A stretch of 12,847 nt of DNA from Elusimicrobiota bacterium (GTDB taxonomy: Bacteria > CG03 > SLGR01 > JAGXOG01). Where the stretch lies: the NCBI GenBank assembly GCA_051745145.1, contig JBNJDT010000042.1, positions 1 through 12,847 on the forward strand, given 5' to 3'. The notes below the pieces were generated by a model. That model worked only from the letters and a program-made list of their open reading frames with translations. It was not told the origin of the DNA and did no database searches. The position numbers were made by a program, and so were the translations under genes. Within the stretch, counting starts at the first letter, position 1. Each line of letters opens with the position of its first letter. This document shows, one piece after another, positions 9,195 through 12,847 of this stretch.

Positions 9195-9273
9195 TTGACA
9201 TAGATAAAAAAATTTGTTAAAAAAACATTGACTGAAGAAAAAGTTTTGAATTATAGTTATTAAATTAAGGAGG
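9195..9273 (+). promoter_or_regulatory. Two tandem sigma70-type promoter candidates and strong RBS
   Basis: TTGACA(9195-9200)-17-TAAAAA(9218-9223) preceded by TGn. TTGACT(9228-9233)-18-TATAGT(9252-9257). SD AAGGAGG at 9267-9273. Confidence 0.6.
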
Positions 9274-9277
9274 AAAG

Positions 9278-9511
9278 ATGGGAGAAAAAGTAGCAGAAGC
9301 AGGTGTAGACAAGAAAAGCGGTTATCTTTATTTTGTTGATAAAGATGGAGATATTTCTGAAGTAAAAATGGCCCGGGGTGGTAAAGGAAAAGGAAAACCT
9401 CAGAAAGTGGCTGAAACAGGTGTAGATAAAGAATCAGGATATCTTTATTATGTAGATAAAGCAGGTGATGTTGCCAGAGCAAAAATGGCAAGAGGCAGAA
9501 AGAAAAAATAA
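9278..9511 (+). CDS. Small basic protein with two 32-aa internal repeats (candidate nucleic-acid-binding protein)
   Basis: 77 aa, Lys/Gly-rich. EKVAEAGVDKKSGYLYFVDKDGDISEVKMARG vs QKVAETGVDKESGYLYYVDKAGDVARAKMARG (23/32 identical, many synonymous differences). Has its own SD and terminator. Confidence 0.9.
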   Translation: MGEKVAEAGVDKKSGYLYFVDKDGDISEVKMARGGKGKGKPQKVAETGVDKESGYLYYVDKAGDVARAKMARGRKKK

Positions 9512-9541
9512 AAAAAAACATTAAAAAACTTTAAAGTTTTT

Positions 9542-9572
9542 GCGGCCCTTTTACTAAAGGGCCGTTTTTTTT
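9542..9572 (+). terminator. Rho-independent terminator
   Basis: Stem CGGCCCTTT (9543-9551) / AAAGGGCCG (9556-9564), loop TACT, followed by T8 (9565-9572). Confidence 0.85.
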
Positions 9573-9591
9573 ACATTCCATTAAACAGAGT

Positions 9592-9665
9592 TGCCGGATG
9601 GTCTAAGGGCAGGACAGCGGATTCTGGTTCCGTTAGTGGGGGTTCGAATCCTCCTCCGGCAGCCA
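9592..9665 (+). tRNA. tRNA-Gln (anticodon CTG)
   Basis: Acceptor TGCCGGA/TCCGGCA. Anticodon arm GCGGA-TTCTGGT-TCCGT (CTG at 9624-9626). T arm GGGGG-TTCGAAT-CCTCC. Discriminator G and encoded CCA. Confidence 0.96.
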
Positions 9666-9785
9666 TCATAAATAATAACTACAGGCAATTTTTTCGCCAG
9701 CCGGATTTAATTACCCTCCACTTAATAAAAATCCTCTTCCGTTATACCAAATTAATTATTGAGATATAATTTATTTAGGAATAGT

Positions 9786-9831
9786 TTACAAAAAAATAAT
9801 ATAGTAAGTTGACAAAAAGTTTACAAAAAAT
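9786..9831 (+). repeat. Direct repeat copy 1 (GTTTACA/GTTGACA boxes), overlapping the putative promoter of the downstream gene
   Basis: TTACAAAAAAATAATATAGTAAGTTGACAAAAAGTTTACAAAAAAT; 41/46 identical to 10885-10930. Confidence 0.85.
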
Positions 9832-9837
9832 TAATAT
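9809..9837 (+). promoter_or_regulatory. Putative sigma70-type promoter (leaderless) for the wHTH-HATPase-STAS gene
   Basis: TTGACA (9809-9814), 17 nt, TAATAT (9832-9837). ATG at 9844 with no SD. Confidence 0.55.
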
Positions 9838-9843
9838 AAAAAT

Positions 9844-10866
9844 ATGAATATAGAAAAATTTATAATAAATAAAATAAAAGAAAAAGGACATATTACTACA
9901 AAGGATGTAGTTGAAAAAACAGGCTTTACAAGACAGGGGGCCCATAAACATATTAAAAAGCTAATTAAAAAAGGCAAGATAGAAAAGATAGGCGAGAGAA
10001 AGGGGGTCAAATACGTACTTAGAGAAAAAGCTCCATATTCTGTGAAACCTTCCATAAAAAAAAGAATAGAATTAAAAGATGCTGCTGAAGACGAAATATT
10101 TTATGATTTAAATTTACAGTATAAATTCAATAAGATAGTCGACGAAAATGTGTTTGATATTTTAAGATATACTTTTACTGAAATTTTAAACAATGCCATT
10201 GAACATTCCCGGTCTGAATACGCAAATATTTCAATGAAAGTGAGTCATTATGATATTTCGTTCTGTATAGATGATTGGGGTATTGGTATATATGAAAATA
10301 TAAGAAAAAAATTCAATTTAAAAAATGAAAGGGATGCTTTAAGAGAATTGATAAAGGGAAAGACTACTACAGACAAGGAAAGACATACCGGAGAAGGTCT
10401 ATTTTTTACTTCCAAAATTGCAGATAAAGTTTCAATTAAGAGTCACCGTTTAGAAATAATATTTAATAATCTGGAGAATGAAGTCTATGTAAATAAAATA
10501 CAATTCAATAAAGGAACAAAGGTAGAATTTACAATTAAAAAATATTCTAAGAAAAAACTTGAAGAACTTTTTGAAAAATTTAGTGGGGAAGAATTTAATT
10601 ATAATTTTTCCAGGACCTCAGTAAATGTTAAATTATTTTCCGAAGATAACCATACTTTTATTTCACGATCTGAAGCAAGAAGGTTGCTTTATAATTTAGA
10701 TAAGTATGAAGAAATTATTTTAGATTTTTCCGGAATTAAAAAAGTGGGTCAGGGGTTTATGGATGAAATATTTAGAGTATTTAAAAATCAAAATCCTGAG
10801 ATATCAATAAAACCCAAAAATACCTGTGAGGCTGTAAAAGCAATGATTGAACATGTCAGTGATTAA
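9844..10866 (+). CDS. Winged-HTH + GHKL/HATPase + STAS-like (DUF4325) domain protein
   Basis: N-terminal wHTH (ITTKDVVEKTGFTRQGAHKHIKKLIKKGKIEKIG). GHKL boxes TEILNNAIEHS, DDWGIGI, HTGEGLF, KGTKV. C-terminal ISRSEARRL...IILDFSGIKKVGQGFMDEIFRVF. Confidence 0.85.
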   Translation: MNIEKFIINKIKEKGHITTKDVVEKTGFTRQGAHKHIKKLIKKGKIEKIGERKGVKYVLREKAPYSVKPSIKKRIELKDAAEDEIFYDLNLQYKFNKIVDENVFDILRYTFTEILNNAIEHSRSEYANISMKVSHYDISFCIDDWGIGIYENIRKKFNLKNERDALRELIKGKTTTDKERHTGEGLFFTSKIADKVSIKSHRLEIIFNNLENEVYVNKIQFNKGTKVEFTIKKYSKKKLEELFEKFSGEEFNYNFSRTSVNVKLFSEDNHTFISRSEARRLLYNLDKYEEIILDFSGIKKVGQGFMDEIFRVFKNQNPEISIKPKNTCEAVKAMIEHVSD

Positions 10867-10884
10867 AAAGGATTTCTTTACAGG

Positions 10885-10930
10885 TTACAAAAAAATAATT
10901 TAACATGTTTACAAAAAGTTTACAAAAAAT
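10885..10930 (+). repeat. Direct repeat copy 2 (GTTTACA boxes)
   Basis: TTACAAAAAAATAATTTAACATGTTTACAAAAAGTTTACAAAAAAT; 41/46 identical to 9786-9831. Starts 18 nt after the stop codon. Confidence 0.85.
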
Positions 10931-11153
10931 ATAAAGCGATAGTTTCATTTTACCCATTTAAATGACTATAGAAGTAAAATTAAATATTTTTTTCTTATAA
11001 ATTTGAAGTAATTCGGTATGAATAATCCATTTAAAAGTTTTGAAATTGTTCCAATTTTCCATCCATTTTTTAATTATAGATAAACTTTTATTTTTGCTGT
11101 AAGTATATACTGACTTTTTTAAACCGATTTTGTTTTAATATAAGAAAAGTAAT

Positions 11154-11453
11154 ATGTCGAAAAAAATAAAAAAAATTCATAAACAGTGAAAATAAATATG
11201 ATCCTCTAATAAAATTAGCTGTTATACATTATCAATTCGAAGCAATCCACCCTTTTTCTGATGGTAATGGAAGGGTAGGAAGAATATCGGATGTTTTATA
11301 TCTTATATATGAAGATTTGCCGGAATTGCCAAAAGGCAAACAGCGGCAGAATATTTAAAGGCTTTAGAAAATATCGGGATATTGGAAAGTAGGAAAGTTG
11401 GTAAAGAAAAATTATTTTTAAATAAAAAGTTGTATAATATCTGGGGCGGCTAA
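11154..11453 (+). pseudogene. Fic-family (AMPylase with C-terminal HTH) gene remnant
   Basis: 11170-11331 reads [54 protein letters not shown], containing the Fic motif HPFxDGNGRxxR. A different frame, 11322-11453, reads [43 protein letters not shown]. In-frame stop at 11167; ATG 11154 is out of frame with the catalytic part. Confidence 0.88.
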
Positions 11454-11462
11454 TAAGTCCGT

Positions 11463-11486
11463 CTCCGCGGTAGTGGAGTCACTTTT
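11463..11486. terminator. Weak hairpin between convergent genes, possible terminator
   Basis: CTCCGC-GGTA-GTGGAG (11463-11478) followed by a T-rich tract; short stem with one G-U pair. Confidence 0.3.
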
Positions 11487-11504
11487 CATTTCTATATAGT
11501 CTTT

Positions 11505-12782
11505 TTATACTGAAAGAAGCGAGGCCGGTATAACAGCAACTCCATCTTTTCTGCGATATGCTTGTGGGCCGGTATGGACGAGGGCCATATCTAATAAATT
11601 ATTTTTCATCTTTTTCTTAAGCCATAGCAGATGTTTGATATCGCTGTTTTCAACAGTACGCCCAAGTTTTACTTCTACAGCAATTATTTTCTGGTCGCTG
11701 CGTTCTATAATAAGATCAACTTCATGTCGCCCCCCCATAGTCCGAAAATGTTTTACTTCAGCTTCGGAGGCCTGTGCATAAACTCTAATAGTTTGTGTAA
11801 CTAAAGATTCAAATAAATGCCCCAGTAAAGTTCCGTCACGGGGTATAGGAAGAGTTGGCTCTTCTCCTTTGAGTAAGGCTTCTTCGTTAATTCCAAGGAG
11901 TTGTATTGCTAAAGCAGGATCCGCAAGTTGATGTTTAGGGGGTTTTGATAACCGGGAAAATTGATTTCGGCTTGGAACCCATGCCGGAATTTGTTCCATA
12001 ATCCATAACTGTTCAAGAATTTCTCTATATGGTCGTGTAGTAGTTTTAGGCGGTTTATTTCCTCGGCCCGGTGTAGCGGCGTCCCGGATTGTTTCGTAAC
12101 TGGCAGTTGTCGATGTAGCGGCAGCGTAAGAAGCCATCCAGCGTTTTAAAGTTTGAGGCTTTCGAACCTTCCTGCCCATCTGCTGAAAATCCGTATCTAC
12201 AATGCGTTCTATATAGCTTTTAAGTTGTTCTCTTAAAGCTCTTCCTGAATATTGTCGTAGCCCGGGGAAGCCGGAAAGAAAGAGTTCATGAACATAATCT
12301 TTTAATCCAATCTTGGTTTGTCCTGTAATTTTTGTTTTCTTTTCCGTTAAAAGTTTTTTTAAGCTGACAGCAGTTTCTTCAAGGTTTCTTTCCATTAGTG
12401 ACATTGGCCGAAGTCGGAGAGTTACTATACGCCCGGCTCCTGAATGAGTGGATCTTGATGAAGGAGTAGCTGACCCGGTGAGAAGAAATTGATTTGGAGA
12501 AGAATCGCGGTCGACGGCTCTGCGTATTATATCCCAGGATTCAGGGACACGTTGCCATTCGTCTATCAAGATCGGTTTTTCTCCATCACATAGTTGGGAA
12601 GGGTCTGCCTTTATAAGTTCATTTTGAACAGGATCATCTAACGCATAAACCGTATTTGCTCTGCGCCTGGCAGTTTCTGTCTTGCCGACACCTTTAGGTC
12701 CTTCAAGGGCTACTGCCGGCAGTTGAGGTAACAGCTCATCCAGTTCTATATCAACTATTCTATGAACATAGGAATTTATCAT
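11505..12782 (-). CDS. AAA+ ATPase (AAA_14-like) with C-terminal DUF4143 domain
   Basis: Walker A GPKGVGKT, Walker B ILIDEWQ, FLLTGS, HSGAGR, LRPMS, GFP, GHLFES, and C-terminal EVDLIIE...IAVEVK (PD-(D/E)xK-like). Confidence 0.88.
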   Translation of the reverse strand: MINSYVHRIVDIELDELLPQLPAVALEGPKGVGKTETARRRANTVYALDDPVQNELIKADPSQLCDGEKPILIDEWQRVPESWDIIRRAVDRDSSPNQFLLTGSATPSSRSTHSGAGRIVTLRLRPMSLMERNLEETAVSLKKLLTEKKTKITGQTKIGLKDYVHELFLSGFPGLRQYSGRALREQLKSYIERIVDTDFQQMGRKVRKPQTLKRWMASYAAATSTTASYETIRDAATPGRGNKPPKTTTRPYREILEQLWIMEQIPAWVPSRNQFSRLSKPPKHQLADPALAIQLLGINEEALLKGEEPTLPIPRDGTLLGHLFESLVTQTIRVYAQASEAEVKHFRTMGGRHEVDLIIERSDQKIIAVEVKLGRTVENSDIKHLLWLKKKMKNNLLDMALVHTGPQAYRRKDGVAVIPASLLSV

Positions 12783-12847
12783 TGAGTTTATCTTTAATTT
12801 TTTATATATATTGCTATTTATCCATAAACTACACTACTAAATATCCG

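Noticed and set aside
9592..9665. tRNA-Gln as the local substrate of MnmG or the radical SAM enzyme
   Set aside because: The anticodon is CUG (C34), not U34, so it is not an xm5U substrate.
9192..10055. Minus-strand ORFs 9192-9521 and 9831-10055
   Set aside because: Hydrophobic, F/L-rich shadows of A-rich + strand genes that have better expression signals.
10898..10925. ATTTAACATGT resembling an inverted XerD arm (dif/pdif site)
   Set aside because: 9/11 match only, no XerC arm at 6-bp spacing, and not conserved in the upstream repeat copy.
9784..10935. GTTTACA repeats as a CRISPR array, iterons or IS ends
   Set aside because: No repeat-spacer periodicity, no cas, rep or transposase gene, and the repeats are direct rather than inverted.
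10958..11134. Stop-free minus-strand frame (...KKWMENWNNFKTFKWIIHTELLQIY...)
   Set aside because: No convincing start or RBS and no recognisable family; could be a gene fragment but cannot be supported.

Overview
Bacterial DNA with two parts. (1) 94-9175 is a tightly packed + strand gene train: purU, an Rnf cluster ordered rnfC-G-E-A-B with rnfD absent from its usual slot, an RseC-family gene, a TIGR01212 (YhcC/YtqA-type) radical SAM gene overlapping mnmG, a PilZ-domain gene that appears to need a non-canonical start, and a PAP2-family membrane enzyme. A separately transcribed 77-aa basic tandem-repeat protein gene and tRNA-Gln(CUG) follow. (2) Downstream of the tRNA is an accessory region, AT-rich up to about 11500. 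It holds a wHTH-HATPase-STAS-like (DUF4325) gene bracketed by ~46-bp direct repeats built of GTTTACA boxes, an internally deleted Fic pseudogene, and a convergent AAA+ ATPase/DUF4143 gene. All family assignments are from motif recognition by eye; no database search was run.
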